From Macrostomum lignano (lineage: Eukaryota): DNA of 64,000 nt. The stretch's first letter is position 1, and each line of letters starts with the position of its first letter. The position numbers were made by a program, and so were the translations under genes. Where the stretch lies: the NCBI GenBank assembly GCA_002269645.1, contig NIVC01001378.1, forward strand, positions 124,001 through 188,000. The letters are read 5' to 3'. Positions 63,680 to 64,000 of the stretch are shown piece by piece. Below the pieces are notes generated by a model, which was given only the letters and a program-made list of their open reading frames with translations, made no database searches and had not been told where the DNA came from.

Positions 63680-64000
63680 GTTATCGTTTAGATGCTGAAC
63701 AGAAACGAAGACAGATAGATGCTGAGCAGAACAAAGACGGATAGATGCTGAACAGAAACAAAGACGGATCGATGCTGAACAGAAACAAAGACGGATAGAT
63801 AGTGAGCGAAAACAAAGACGGATAGATAGTGAGCGAAAACAAAGACGGATAGATGCTGAACAGAAACAAAGACGGATCGATGCTGAACAGAAACAAAGAC
63901 GGATAGATAGTGAGCGAAAACAAAGACGGATAAATATTGAACAGAAACAAATACGGATAGATGCTGAACAGAAACAAAGACGGATCGATGCTGAACAGAA
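63680..64000. repeat. 27-bp minisatellite GATGCTGAACAGAAACAAAGACGGATA running off the window end
   Basis: Directly visible. Confidence 0.93.

Overview
Eukaryotic (metazoan) genomic DNA, not prokaryotic. GC-rich exons, introns stuffed with minisatellites and AT-rich intergenic blocks resemble a free-living flatworm such as Macrostomum; this is an inference, and no direct taxonomic marker was seen. Six protein genes could be reconstructed by hand with phase-consistent GT-AG junctions: otopetrin proton channel (-, runs off the left end), an SH2 adaptor-like protein ending in a kinase N-lobe relic (+), an intronless P2X-receptor-like channel (+), UTP20 (-, 15 exons, ~2955 aa), Van Gogh/Vangl (-, 4 exons, 636 aa) and non-muscle myosin II heavy chain (+, runs off the right end). 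The window also holds a tRNA/CORE-type SINE, a ~1.1 kb non-autonomous LTR element (TRIM-like), several MITE-like elements and about 20 tandem arrays. The most notable observations are: (1) the P2X-like channel keeps its fold, 10 cysteines and TM2 but has lost three of the canonical ATP-binding residues; (2) a probable 50-codon cassette exon lies hidden in myosin loop 1; (3) the myosin gene has a perfect U12-type 5' splice site; (4) almost every larger intron carries its own private minisatellite. No CRISPR array, rRNA or intact tRNA gene was found. Most long ORFs in the supplied track are repeat artefacts.
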